NCBI GenBank assembly: GCA_964016885.1
Contig: OZ024744.1
Span: 65,224,001-65,288,000 of the forward strand
Source of the DNA: Eledone cirrhosa
Lineage: Eukaryota
DNA length: 64,000 bases
Reading direction: 5' to 3'
Shown: piece by piece, positions 23,901-38,219 of the stretch
Position numbering within the stretch: position 1 is the first letter of the stretch
Layout of the letters: the number at the start of each line of letters is the position of its first letter
The notes under the pieces: generated by a model
Told to the model about the DNA's origin: nothing
Database searches by the model: none
Seen by the model: the letters and a program-made list of their open reading frames with translations, nothing else
Made by a program: the position numbers and the translations under genes

Positions 23901-26900
23901 AGCACTATCACTACCACTATCACTACCACTATCACTACCACTACACTACCACTACACTACCACTACACTACCATTACACTACCACTACACTAGCACTATC
24001 ACTACCACTATCACTACCACTACACTACCACTATCACTACCACTACACTACCACTACACTACCACTACACTAGCACTATCACTACCACTATCACTACCAT
24101 TACACTAGCACTATCACTACCACTATCACTACCACTACACTACCACTACACTACCACTACACTACCAATACACTACCACTATCACTACCACTATCACTAC
24201 CACTATCACTACCACTACACTACCACTACACTACCAATACACTACCACTACACTACCACTACACTACCATTACACTACCACTACACTAGCACTATCACTA
24301 CCACTATCACTACCACTATCACTACCACTACACTACCACTATCACTACCACTACACTACCACTACACTACCAATACACTAGCACTATCACTACCACTATC
24401 ACTACCATTACACTACCACTACACTAGCACTATCACTACCACTATCACTACCACTACACTACCACTATCACTACCACTATCACTACCACTACACTAGCAC
24501 TATCACTACCACTATCACTACCACTACACTACCACTACACTACCACTACACTACCAATACACTACCACTATCACTACCACTATCACTACCACTATCACTA
24601 CCACTACACTACCACTATCACTACCACTATCACTACCACTACACTACCACTATCACTACCACTATCACTACCACTACACTACCACTATCACTACCACTAT
24701 CACTACCACTATCACTACCACTACACTACCACTACACTACCATTACACTACCACTACACTACCAATACACTACCACTATCACTACCACTATCACTACCAT
24801 TACACTACCACTACACTACCACTATCACTACCACTATCACTACCACTACACTACTACTACACTACCATTACACTACCACTACACTACCACTATCACTACC
24901 ACTATCACTACCACTTCACTACCACTACACTACCACTATCACTACCACTACACTACCACTATCACTACCACTATCACTACCACTACACTAGCACTATCAC
25001 TACCACTATCACTACCACTACACTACCACTACACTACCACTACACTACCAATACACTACCACTATCACTACCACTATCACTACCACTACACTACCACTAC
25101 ACTACCACTACACTACCAATACACTAGCACTATCACTACCACTATCACTACCACTACACTACCACTACACTACCACTACACTACCATTACACTACCACTA
25201 CACTAGCACTATCACTACCACTATCACTACCACTACACTACCACTACACTACCATTACACTACCACTACACTAGCACTATCACTACCACTACACTACCAC
25301 TACACTAGCACTATCACTACCACTACACTACCACTACACTACCACTATCACTACCACTATCACTACCACTACACTACTACTACACTACCACTATCACTAC
25401 CACTATCACTACCACTACACTACTACTACACTACCATTACACTACCACTACACTAGCACTATCACTACCACTATCACTACCACTACACTACCACTACACT
25501 ACCATTACACTACCACTACACTACCACTATCACTACCACTATCACTACCACTACACTACTACTACACTACCATTACACTACCACTATCACTACCACTACA
25601 CTACCACTACACTACCATTACACTACCACTACACTAGCACTATCACTACCACTATCACTACCACTACACTACCACTACACTACCATTACACTACCACTAC
25701 ACTACCACTATCACTACCACTATCACTACCACTACACTACCACTACACTACCACTACACTACCAATACACTACCACTATCACTACCACTATCACTACCAC
25801 TACACTACCACTACACTACCAATACACTACCACTATCACTACCACTATCACTACCACTACACTACTACTACACTACCACTACACTACCACTACACTACCA
25901 CTACACTACCACTACACTAGCACTATCACTACCACTATCACTACCACTATCACTACCACTATCACTACCACTACACTACCACTACACTACCACTACACTA
26001 CCATTACACTACCACTACACTACCACTATCACTACCACTACACTACCACTACACTACCACTACACTACCATTACACTACCACTACACTACCACTATCACT
26101 ACCACTATCACTACCACTACACTACCACTACACTACCACTATCACTACCACTATCACTACCACTACTCTATCACTACACTACCAATACACTACCACTACA
26201 CTACCATTACACTACCACTACACTATCACTACACTACCACTACACTATCACTACCACTACAGTACCACTATCACTACCACTACACTACCACTACACTACC
26301 ACTATCACTACCACTACACTATCACTACACTACCACTATCACTACACTACCACTACTCTACCACTACATTACCACTACCACTACATTATCATTATCACTA
26401 CCACTATACTACCACTACACTACTACTACACTACCACTACACTACCACTATCTCTACCACTATCACTACCACTACACTACCACTACACTACCACTACACT
26501 ACCACTACACTACCACTATCTCTACCACTATCACTACCACTACACTACCACTACACTACCACTACACTATCACTACACTACCAATACACTACCACTACAC
26601 TACCACTACACTACTACTACACTACCACTACATTATCATTATCACTACCACTACTCTATCACTACACTACCACTACTCTACCACTACACTACCACTACAC
26701 TATCACTACACTACCACTATCACTACACTACACTACCACTACACTACCACTACACTACTACTACACTACCACTACACTACCACTATCACTACCACTATCA
26801 CTACCACTACACTACCACTACACTACCACTACACTACCACTAAATTACCACTACATTACCACTACACTACCACTACATTACCACTATCACTACCACTATC

Positions 26901-27657
26901 ACTACCACTATCACTACCACTATACTACCACTACACTACCACTACACTACCACTACATTATCATTATCACTACCACTACTCTATCACTACACTACCACTA
27001 CTCTACCACTACATTACCACTATCACTACCACTATCACTACCACTATCACTTCCACTATCACTACCACTACACTACCACTACACTACCACTACACTACCA
27101 CTACACTACCACTACGCTACCACTACATTACCACTATCACTACCACTATCACTACCACTATCACTACCACTACACTACCACTACACTACCACTACACTAC
27201 CACTACACTACCACTACACTACCACTACATTATCATTATCACTACCACTACTCTATCACTACACTACCACTACTCTACCACTACATTACCACTATCACTA
27301 CCACTATCACTACCACTATCACTACCACTATCACTACCACTACACTACCACTACACTACCACTACACTACCACTACACTACCACTACACTACCACTACAT
27401 TATCATTATCACTACCACTACTCTATCACTACACTACCACTACCCTACCACTACATTACCACTATCACTACCACTATCACTACCACTATCACTACCACTA
27501 CACTACCACTACACTACCACTACACTACCACTACACTACCACTACGCTACCACTACATTACCACTATCACTACCACTATCACTACCACTATCACTACCAC
27601 TATCACTACCACTATCACTACCACTATCACTACCACTACACTACCACTACACTACCA
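20905..27657. repeat. ~6.75-kb satellite of mixed 11-mer CACTACCACTA and 12-mer CACTACCACTAT units
   Basis: Directly visible. Variants include CACTAGCACTAT, CACTACCATTA and CACTACCAATA; the plus strand is almost G-free. Confidence 0.97.
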
Positions 27658-28570
27658 TGATGGTGTGGTGATAGTGGTGGTGGTGGTGGTGGTGGTGGTG
27701 GTGGTGGTAGTGGTGGTGATGTTGTTGGTGGTGGTGGTAGTGGTGGTGGTGCTGGTGATGGCAGTGTTGGTGTTGGTGGTGTTAGTAGTGGTGTTGGTGG
27801 TGGTGGTGGTGGTGGTGGTGGTGGTGATGGTGTGGTGATAGTGGTGGTGGTGGTGGTGGTGGTGGTGGTGGTGGTGGTAGTGGTGGTGTTGTTGGTGGTA
27901 GTGGTGGTAGTGGTGGTGGTGCTGGTGGTGGCAGTGTTGGTGTTGGTGGTGTTGGTAGTGGTGGTGTTGGTGGTGGTGATGGTGGTGGGGTGGTAGTGGT
28001 GTTGTTAGTGTTGAAGTAGTGGTGTCAGTGGTGATAGTAGTGTTGTGGTAGTGGTGGTGGTGGTAGTGTGGTGGTGGTGGTGGTTTGGTGATAGTGGTGG
28101 TAGTGTAGTGTAGTGGTGGTAGTGGTGTTGTTAGTGTTGAAGTAGTGATGTCAGTGGTGATGGTAGTGTTGTGGTAGTGGTAATGGTTGTGAAGGTAGTG
28201 GTGGTAGTAGTGGTAGTGTGTATGGTAGTAGTGGTGGTAGGAATAGTGGTGGTGATAGTGGTGGTAGTGGTAGTATAGTGGTGGTAGTGGTGGTAGTGGT
28301 GGTATAGTGGCGGTATAGTGGTGTTGGTAGTGGTAGTGGTGGTATAGTGGTGGTAGTGGTGGTAGTGGTGGTGATAGAGGTGGTGATAGTGGTGGTAGTG
28401 GTGGTATAGTGGTGCTAATGATGGTAATGGTGGTGGCAGTGTGCATGGCAGTAGTGGTGGTGATGGTGGTGGCAGTGTGCATGGTAGTAGTGGTGGTATA
28501 GTGGTGGTATAGTGGTAGTGGTGGTATAGTGGTGATAGTGGTGGTATAGTGGTGGTAATGGTGGTATAGT
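27658..28570. repeat. Degenerate (GGT/AGT)n G-rich repeat
   Basis: Directly visible; opposite strand polarity to the preceding satellite. Confidence 0.95.
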
Positions 28571-31500
28571 GGTGGTAGTGTGCATGGTGGTAGTGGTGGT
28601 GCTGGTGGTGGCAGTGTGCATGGTGGTAGTGGTGGTGCTGGTGGTGGCAGTGTGCATGGTAGTAGTGGTGGTGCTGGTGGTGGCAGTGTGCATGGTGGTA
28701 GTGGTAGAGGTGCTGGTGGTGGCAGTGTGCATGGTAGTAGTGGTGGTGCTGGTGGTGGCAGTGTGCATGGTGGTAGTGGTGGTGCTGGTGGTAGCAGTGT
28801 GCATGGTGGTAGTGGTAGAGGTGCTGGTGGTGGCAGTGTGCATGGTGGTAGTGGTGGTGCTGGTGGTGGCAGTGTGCATGGTGGTAGTGGTGGTGCTGGT
28901 GGTGGCAGTGTGCATGGTAGTGGTGGTGGTGCTGGTGGTGGCAGTGTGCATGGTGGTAGTGGTGCTGGTGGTGGCAGTGTGCATGGTGGTAGTGGTGGTG
29001 CTGGTGGTGGCAGTGTGCATGGTAGTAGTGGTGGTATAGTGGTGATAGTGGTGGTATAGTGGTGGTAATGGTGGTATAGTGGTGGTAGTGTGCATGGTGG
29101 TAGTGGTGGTGCTGGTGGTGGCAGTGTGCATGGTGGTAGTGGTGGTGCTGGTGGTGGCAGTGTGCATGGTAGTAGTGGTGGTGCTGGTGGTGGCAGTGTG
29201 CATGGTGGTAGTGGTGGTGCTGGTGGTGGCAGTGTGCATGGTGGTAGTGGTAGAGGTGCTGGTGGTGGCAGTGTGCATGGTGGTAGTGGTGGTGCTGGTG
29301 GTGGCAGTGTGCATGGTGGTAGTGGTGGTGCTGGTGGTGGCAGTGTGCATGGTAGTGGTGGTGGTGCTGGTGGTGGCAGTGTGCATGGTGGTAGTGGTGG
29401 TGCTGGTGGTGGCAGTGTGGTAGTGGTAGAGGTGCTGGTGGTGGCAGTGTGCATGGTGGTAGTGGTGGTGCTGGTGGTGGCAGTGTGCATGGTGGTAGTG
29501 GTGGTGCTGGTGGTGGCAGTGTGCATGGTAGTGGTGGTGGTGCTGGTGGTGGCAGTGTGCATGGTGGTAGTGGTGGTGCTGGTGGTGGCAGTGTGGTAGT
29601 GGTAGAGGTGCTGGTGGTGGCAGTGTGCATGGTGGTAGTGGTGCTGGTGGTGGCAGTGTGCATGGTGGTAGTGGTGGTGCTGGTGGTGGCAGTGTGCATG
29701 GTGGTAGTGGTGGTGCTGGTGGTGGCAGTGTGCATGGTGGTAGTGGTGGTGCTGGTGGTGGCAGTGTGCATGGTGGTAGTGGTGGTGCTGGTGGTGGCAG
29801 TGTGGTAGTGGTAGAGGTGCTGGTGGTGGCAGTGTGCAAGGTAGTAGTGGTGGTGCTGGTGGTGGCAGTGTGCATGGTGGTAGTGGTGGTGCTGGTGGTG
29901 GCAGTGTGCATGGTGGTAGTGGTGGTGGTAGTGGTGGCAGTGTGCATGGTGGTAGCGGTGGTGCTGGTGGTGGCAGTGTGCAGTGTGGTAGTGGTGGTGC
30001 TGGTGGTGGCAGTGTGCATGGTGGTAGTGGTGGTGGTAGTGGTGGCAGTGTGCATGGTTGTAGTGGTGGTCTTGGTGGCAGTGTGCATGGTGGTAGTGGT
30101 GGTGCTGGTGGTGGCAGTGTGCATGGTGGTAGTGGTAGAGGTGCTGGTGGTGGCAGTGTGCATGGTGGTAGTGGTGGTGCTGGTGGTGGCAGTGTGCATG
30201 GTGGTAGTGGTAGAGGTGCTGGTGGTGGCAGTGTGCATGGTGGTAGTGGTGGTTCTGGTGGTGGCAGTGTGCATGGTGGTAGTGGTGGTGCTGGTGGTGG
30301 CAGTGTGCATGGTGGTAGTGGTGGTTCTGGTGGTGGCAGTGTGCATGGTAGTGGTGGTGGTGCTGGTGGTGGCAGTGTGCATGGTGGTAGTGGTGCTGCT
30401 GGTGGTGGCAGTGTGCATGGTGGTAGTGGTGGTGCTGGTGGTGGCAGTGTGCAGTGTGGTGGTGGTGGTGGTAGTGGTGGCAGTGTGCATGGTGGTAGTG
30501 GTAGTGCTGGTGGTGGCAGTGTGCATGGTGGTAGTGGTGGTGCTGGTGGTGGCAGTGTGCATGGTGGTAGTGGTGGTGCTGGTGGTGGCAGTGTGCAGTG
30601 TGGTAGTGGTGGTGGTAGTGGTGGCAGTGTGCATGGTGGTAGTGGTGGTGCTGGTGGTGACAGTGTGCATGGTGGTAGTGGTGGTGCTGGTGGTGGCAGT
30701 GTGCAGTGTGGTAGTGGTAGTGCTGGTGGTGGCAGTGTGCATGGTGGTAGTGGTGGTGCTGGTGGTGGCAGTGTGCATGGTGGTAGTGGTGGTGCTGGTG
30801 GTGGTAGTGTGCAGTGTAGTAGTGGTGGTGCTGGTGGTGGCAGTGTGCATGGTGGTAGTGGTAGAGGTGCTGGTGGTGGCAGTGTGCAGTGTGGTAGTGG
30901 TGGCAGTGTGCATGGTAGTGGTGGTGGTGCTGGTGGTGGCAGTGTGCATGGTAGTGGTGGTGGTGCTGGTGGTGGCAGTGTGCATGGAGGTAGTGGTGGT
31001 GCTGGTGGTGGCAGTGTGCATGGTGGTAGTGGTGGTGGTAGTGGTGGCAGTGTGCATGGTGGTAGTGGTGGTGGTAGTGGTGGCAGTGTGCATGGTAGTA
31101 GTGGTGGTGCTGGTGGTGGCAGTGTGCAGTGTAGTAGTGGTGGTGCTGGTGGTAGCAGTGTGCAGTGTGGTAGTGGTGGTGGTAGTGGTGGCAGTGTGCA
31201 TGGTAGTAGTGGTGGTGCTGGTGGTGGCAGTGTGCATGGTAGTAGTGGTGGTGCTGGTGGTGGCAGTGTGCAGTGTGGTAGTGGTGGTTCTGGTGGTAGC
31301 AGTGTGCAGTGTGGTAGTGGTGGTGGTCGTGGTGGCAGTGTGCAGTGTGGTAGTGGTGGTGGTAGTGGTGGCAGTGTGCATGGTAGTAGTGGTGGTGCTG
31401 GTGGTGGCAGTGTGCATGGTGGTAGTGGTGGTGCTGGTGGTGGCAGTGTGCATGGTAGTAGTGTTGGTGGTAGTGGTGGCAGTGTGCATGGTGGTAGTGG

Positions 31501-31985
31501 TGGTGCTGGTGGTGGCAGTGTGCATGGTGGTGGTGGTGGTGCTGGTGGTGGCAGTGTGCAGTGTGGTAGTGGTGGTGGTAGTGGTGGCAGTGTGCATGGT
31601 AGTAGTGGTGGTGCTGGTGGTGGCAGTGTGCAGTGTAGTAGTGGTGGTGCTGGTGGTGGCAGTGTGCAGTGTAGTAGTGGTGGTGCTGGTGGTGGCAGTG
31701 TGCAGTGTGGTAGTGGTGGTGCTGGTGGTGGCAGTGTGCAGTGTGGTAGTGGTGGTTCTGGTGGTAGCAGTGTGCAGTGTGGTAGTGGTGGTGGTCGTGG
31801 TGGCAGTGTGCAGTGTGGTAGTGGTGGTGGTAGTGGTGGCAGTGTGCATGGTGGTAGTGGTGGTGCTGGTGGTGGCAGTGTGCATGGTGGTAGTGGTGGT
31901 GCTGGTGGTGGCAGTGTGCATGGTAGTAGTGGTGGTGGTAGTGGTGGCAGTGTGCATGGTAGTAGTGGTGGTGGTAGTGGTGGTG
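28571..31985. repeat. 36-bp minisatellite GGTGGTAGTGGTGGTGCTGGTGGTGGCAGTGTGCAT
   Basis: About 90 tandem units with 33-bp and 39-bp variants. Confidence 0.97.
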
Positions 31986-32112
31986 ATGTTAATCTTATTC
32001 ATGGCAGTAGTGGTGGTAGTGGTGGGAGGATTATTTACTGCAATGATAGTAATGTTGGTGTAATTCACCTGAGCCCTTCAAGGCCAGCCAAATGTCTTTC
32101 ATAAAGTCTAGC

Positions 32113-32186
32113 TATGTATATATGTATATATATATATATACACATATATATATGTGTGTATATATATATATATATATGTGTGTATG

Positions 32187-32224
<38 letters not shown>

Positions 32225-32270
32225 CACATATATATATATGTGTATATATATATATATATATGTGTGTATG

Positions 32271-32308
<38 letters not shown>

Positions 32309-32316
32309 CACATATA

Positions 32317-32365
<49 letters not shown>

Positions 32366-32368
32366 GTA

Positions 32369-32412
<44 letters not shown>

Positions 32413-32429
32413 TATATATACACACACAC

Positions 32430-32526
<97 letters not shown>

Positions 32527-32695
32527 CATATATATACATACAAATATATATATATATAATATATATATATTTGTATGTATATATATATATATATATATAT
32601 TTCTATGTATATATATATATATATATATTTGTATCTATATATATATATATATATATTTGTATATATATATATATGTATATACATATATATATTTG

Positions 32696-32726
<31 letters not shown>

Positions 32727-32766
32727 TCACATATATATATATATATACATACACACATATATATAT

Positions 32767-32803
<37 letters not shown>

Positions 32804-32886
32804 AACACAAACATTATATATATATATATATACTTATATATATATATACAAATACATGTGTATATGTGTGTGTGTGCACGCGCGCG

Positions 32887-32937
<51 letters not shown>

Positions 32938-32955
32938 CACACACACACATATATG
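32113..32955. repeat. (AT)n / (AC)n microsatellite complex
   Basis: Directly visible. Confidence 0.97.
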
Positions 32956-33323
32956 ATATATTTTGGAGGTAAGGTAAGGTAAGGGAAGGGAAGAAAAGAA
33001 GGAGAGGGGGGAGAGATCTTCTTATGCAAAAACTGCCAATCTTTGGCAGTGAGCCAAAGCTAACCAATTTCCTCAGCAGTTGCTCCATTTAATCCAGCCT
33101 AGTCTTAGAATCCTCTTGAAACCAGGAAATACAGCACCAGTTATCATTTCATCCTCATCTGCTTCAACTCACTCTTCCACAATATCTTGTCCATTATCTT
33201 CACTTTCCCTCAAAACTACCAATCTCTTCACTGACGCCTTTACTTTCAAATTTTCTCTGAAACTGAATCTTCTACCTCCTTCCTCTCTCTCTCTCTCTCT
33301 CCCCCCTCCCCATTTTCCCTCTC

Positions 33324-33362
<39 letters not shown>

Positions 33363-33370
33363 CGAGGAAG

Positions 33371-33627
33371 ATGATGATGATGATGATGATGGTGATGATG
33401 GTCGTGGTGGTGGTGATGTTAATGATGTTGGTGGTGGTGGCGGTGGCGGTGGTGGTGGTGCTGGTGGTGGCGGTGGTGGCAGCGATGATGGTGGTGGTGG
33501 TGGTGGTGGTGGTGGTGGTGGTGATGTTGATGATGTTGATGGTGGTGGTGATGGCGGTGGCGGTGGTGGTGATGCTGATGGTGGTGTTGGTGGTGATGGC
33601 GGTGGTGGTGGTGGCGGTGGTGGCAGC

Positions 33628-33660
<33 letters not shown>

Positions 33661-34440
33661 GGTGGTGATGCTGATGGTGGTGTTGGTGGTGGTGATGGTG
33701 GTGATGGTGGTGGTGATGCTGATGGTCGTGTTGGTGGTGATGGTGGTGGTGGTGGTGATGGTAATGGTGATGATGGTGATTGTGGTGGTGATGAAGATGA
33801 CAATGATGGTGATGGTGGTGGTGGTGGTGGTGATGATGATGGTGGTGGTGGTGGTGGTGGTGGTGGTGATGATGATGATGGTGATGATGGTGATTGTGGT
33901 GGTGAAGATGACAATGATGGTGGTGGTGGTGGTGGTGGTGGTGGTGATTGTGGTGGTGATTGTGATGATGGTGATGATGGTGATTGTGGTGGTGAAGATG
34001 ACAATGATGGTGATGGTGGTGGTGGTGGTGATGATGGTGATTGTGGTGGTGAAGATGACAATGATGGTGATGGTGGTGGTGGTGGTGATGATGGTGGTGG
34101 TGGTGGTGGTGGTGGTGGTGGTGGTGGTGGTGGTGGTGGTAGGTGGTGGTAGTGGTGATGATGATGATGATGGTGATTGTGGTGGTGGTGGTGATGACGA
34201 TGATGATGATAGTGATGATGATGATGATGATAATGATGATGGTGATGTTGATGACATGATTATGATGACGATGATGGTGATGATGGTGACGACGATGATG
34301 GTGATGATTTCTAATTTAGGCAAAAGGCCATCATGATGATAATGATGAAGATGGTGATGATGATGTTGATAGTGGTGATGATGATGATGATGTTGATGAT
34401 GATGATGATGATGATGATGAGGATGACGACGATTGTGATG
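33371..34440. repeat. (GGT/GAT)n trinucleotide array
   Basis: Directly visible; abuts SINE 3' ends at 34308 and 34441. Confidence 0.95.
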
Positions 34441-35530
34441 ATTTCTAAATTAGGGGAAAGGCCTACAATTTTTAGGGTAGAGGATAAAGACATTGCAAAG
34501 CCCCTACCCCCCAACTTGACTGGCTCTTTAATTTATCAACCTCAGAAAGAGGTAAGACAAAGTTGGCCACAGCAGGATTTGAATTCAGACTATAAAGGGC
34601 CATGACTCTATGCTGCAAAGCATGGATTGTTTCTGATTAGGCACAAGGCCAGCAATTTTGGTGGCAGGGGAAAGTTGATTAAATCAACGTCGGTTCGTTA
34701 CTGGTACTTTATTTTATCGACCCTGTAAGGAAAGCTAACCATGGCGGAATTTGAACTCAGAACGCAAAGGGCCATAACTCTAGGCTGCAAAGCATGTTGT
34801 CCGGCACTCTACCGTTTCTGCCACCCACCGTCCTGAGCTGGAACATATAATGCTAAGTGTTTCTCCAATGCTCTAACAATTCTAATAATTGTTTCTACTT
34901 TTGGCACAAGGCCAGCAATTACCCAGTGTATTACTGGTACTTTATTCTATCGACTCCATAAGGATGAAAGGCAAAGTTAACCTCAGCGGGATTTGAACTC
35001 AGAATGGCAAGAGCCGTAACTCTATGCGTCAAAGCATGGTGTCCAGCCCTCTACCGGTACTGCCAATTCACCACCCTCAATTCTAACATTTCTAATAATG
35101 GTTTCTGATTTGATTTAGGCACAAAGCCAACAATTTCGGTGGTATTTGAACTCAGAACGTAAAGGGACATAACTCTATGTCACTAAGCATGTTGTCCGAT
35201 GCTCTACCGATTCTACCAATCCACTGACCTAATAAGGGTTTCTGATTTAGGCACAAAGCCAGAAATTCAGGGGGAAATGGAAAGTCGAGTCAATCGACCC
35301 AGTGCGTAACTGGTACTTTATTTTATTGACCCCGTAAGGATGAAAGGCAAAGCTAACCTTGGTGGAATTTGAATGCCCTAATAATAATGGTTTCTAACAA
35401 TAGGCTCATTGCCAGCAATTTTTAAGTAGAGTAAAGTTGATTAAATCCATCCCACCCCAGTACTTTAATTGAACTCGGAAGAATGAAAGGCCAAGTTGAT
35501 CTCTGTGAGACTTGAACTCAAAACAGAAAG
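34441..35530 (-). mobile_element. Tandem cluster of about six Nin/Deu-like tRNA SINE copies in the same orientation
   Basis: Repeated TTTCTGATT(T)AGGCACAAGGCCAGCAATT...CTGGTACTTTATTTTATCGACCC...GGATTTGAACTCAG. Confidence 0.88.
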
Positions 35531-35689
35531 TCATAATTAAATAGAATGACCATGGCTTTTGTGGGCTTTTTCTATGAATGACTCCTGGAGGTCTTCTCCC
35601 CTTTTGGGAAATTTGTATGTTCGATTTCTTTGAATATTTATTTTTTTAGTTTTGGTTATAAACTTTTTAGATCCCAGTCACCCAACCTT

Positions 35690-36260
35690 CATCTGAGCTT
35701 GACTAATAACTGTAACTCCATCAGAGAGATCATCTGCAGAAAGATATGACACGAAAGATGCCCACACTTGTTAGGCTTTACTTTCACATTCACCATTGTT
35801 GTGGCCCTTAGGTAGTTCCACAGGTGTGTTAATTGTAGCACATGTCTGTACATCAAAAGCAATGGCTTCATGAGGTCACCATATGTAGATGTTGGTAACA
35901 AATTAATTTTCTGACCAGCAGAACTTTCTACAAAAAGTGGAAGAGCATCTGTTCTAATCTAGTCATGTATTTTGAGGGGGCATGGTACAAAGCAATGTAG
36001 TGTTTTCTACCTCTGCCTGACGTTTGAGGGACAGTTTTCTCTATGTCTATTTCTGGCTTAGATTGGCTAACTTTGATGTAAACTCATCCCAGTTGTTGTC
36101 TACCTGGAGGTCCAGTCCAAACCAGACTTCATGTACCTTGACCCAGCTGTCAGTCCAGTAGCAGAGATGTTTGCTGGCTGGATTGGTCATGCCTCTCCTC
36201 ATGCCAAGTTTCAAGCCCACTGATTTGTTCTGATTAAGGCAAACTCCAGTAATCTGCTGG
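35690..36260 (-). mobile_element. Old L1/Tx1-clade ORF2 fragment
   Basis: WTDSWVKVHEVWFGLDLQVDNNW..RKLSLKRQAEV is homologous to ~49990-50150. Confidence 0.75.
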
Positions 36261-37452
36261 CATTCTTCCAGTATAGTACCGACTACTTGTATATCTGAAG
36301 TGTCTGACTCTATGACATCACTGTCATAGAGTCAGACACAGCTCTCCTGTGGCTAGGTACTAGTGGGATGATTCCTCTTAAATTTCCATTCCCTACAACA
36401 GAGGCTCTGAAACCAACTCATAGAGGAGAAAGGAGAAGGGACAACGCTAACAGACTGAATGTTCAATATGGAATTGTTCTGATAAATGGTCATTCAGCAG
36501 TTTGAGCACTGAACAGATGCCACTGAAGACTGAGGTGATCCAGCTTCTGAAAACAGGGTCAAAACCCACTACTTATAGGATAGCTTGGAGATGCTGCTAG
36601 TCTGCTGCCAGGTGCAGTAGACACCTGTCAAGGCTGTAGCAAGCAAATCTGGCATAGGGTTAACCATCCAGCCCTGTCACTTTGTCCTTTACATACTGGT
36701 TCAGCATTATCATGACAAGCTATTAAGATAGAGCTGAAATCTCTTGTCTCCAGATCAATGCTCCTCACAAAAAGTTCAGCAAAGTGCTGCTGGAACATCT
36801 GGACACATCTGCTTAGGGTCATATTTCACTACCCCCACCCTCTACCTTCCTGCCACACCTGTGGTCCATCAGAGATCGAATTGCAACTTTGTTGTCATTT
36901 TGTGCTACCATTATTCAAACCCATTGAACCACCCTTAAAGCTTCATTCTTTAACACATGTGCTCTAACACATTTATGCAATCCACTCTCTGAGTATGGCC
37001 ATTCAAGGAGGAAAAGAAACAAAAGGAAAATGGGAGATGGTTACTTACATTGGCTTTGTGGCAAATCTTTTGGTAATATGAAGCCTTAAGGTTGTTCCTC
37101 CTATATGTACCTGAAAGGGCCTTGGAGCATTTTGGATTTAGGCTACTTTCTAAAGTCTCCTACGTCCTATGGAAACCTTTCCAGAAGTTCTGCATAGACT
37201 CCTAGTAATGTGTGTATCAGAAGTTTGTTGGTTTTTGTTATCATGTGGAATTCTTTTAATTCCACTCCATCTGTTACTATATCTCCATATTTGTTTAGGT
37301 AGTCCATTAATTCAGAGTTGTCCTTCCAGACAAATGGGAAATTGTTGATAGTTGTTTGTGATTTTGACTTCAGTGGATGTTATTGTTGCTCTTCCTATTT
37401 CTGCTTCTGTTGCTGTTGCTGTGGTGTTCTAAGTTCTTGTATATTATATTGT

Positions 37453-37727
37453 GAAGGCATATGGCTTTGTGGTTAGGGTATTCAACTCACAGTCATAAGG
37501 TCGTGAGTTTGATTCCTGGCAACGCATTGTGTCCTTGAGCAAGGCACTTTATTTCATGTTGCTCCAGTCCACTCAGCTGGCAAAAATGAGTTCTACCTGA
37601 AGTTCAAAGGACCACACAAAAGGTATGTGTGTCTGTTGAATGCTCAGCCACTTGCACGTTAATTTCACGATCAGGCTGTTGCATAGATCGAATCAACTGG
37701 AACACTCATTATAGCCGACAGAGTATC
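37453..37727 (+). mobile_element. tRNA-derived SINE (internally deleted) with a distinct 3' body
   Basis: A box TGGCTTTGTGG, B box GAGTTTGATTCC, then TGTGTCCTTGAGCAAGGCACTTTATTTCA.GTTGCTCCAGTCCACTCAGCTG. Confidence 0.85.
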
Positions 37728-37729
37728 TC

Positions 37730-38218
37730 CATTATATTGCGGGATGTCAGATATTCTTCTTCGCTGTTTAGTCTGTTGGCTTTTAGCCTGGGGTACTCTC
37801 TTTTATGACCCACATTTTCCTCTTTGTTTCTCTGTAGAGAGTCTATGTCAGAAGTAGGGAGCAGAGTAGTAGAGAGGTATGTAGCTGCTTTGGGGGGAGG
37901 GGCTTGGTTGGCTTGTAGTTTGGGGAAAACTTCTTGTGGTTGTGGTAGTGGAGGGGTGAGGCTTGGTGGTGCTGAAGATGGAGTTGGAGTTAGTTTCTGC
38001 TGCTGTTGTTGTTGGTTTGCAGTCTGTACTACTATGGTGGTGTTGTGGTTGTTTTTGTTGATGCTGCAGTTGTGGCATTGGCACCAATGAGGGTTTCTGT
38101 TGAGGCAAACAGCCTTAAGATGGTTTGTGCTCCCACAAAAATGACATCTTGCTTTTCTAACTTTGACCAAAACGTGCAGCTGCTGAGCATTTGGATATTC
38201 AATCAAGTTAAGTAACAA
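37730..38218 (-). mobile_element. LINE ORF1/gag-like fragment with a CCHC zinc knuckle
   Basis: CHFCGSTNHLKAVC (CX2CX4HX4C) followed by a low-complexity P/Q/T tract. Confidence 0.65.
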
Positions 38219-38219
38219 G

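Noticed and set aside
20905-27657. Interstitial telomeric repeat
   Set aside because: The unit is TAGTGGTAGTG(A), not TTAGGG.
28415-32068. 1217-aa Thr/His-rich mucin-like ORF (MHTATTSTTTTT repeats) and overlapping Gly- or Val-rich ORFs
   Set aside because: These are translations of a 36-bp minisatellite that is open in several frames on both strands. Frame-shifting units occur, and there is no signal peptide or unique domain.
32070-32112. Minus-strand 43-nt exon-like segment ([13 protein letters not shown]) with AG/GT boundaries
   Set aside because: The acceptor lies in (AT)n with no pyrimidine tract, and no partner exons were found.
33078-33280. Plus-strand exon candidate LLHLIQPSLRILLKP
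   Set aside because: There is a plausible acceptor and a loose DH resemblance, but no convincing donor and the downstream peptide does not fit.
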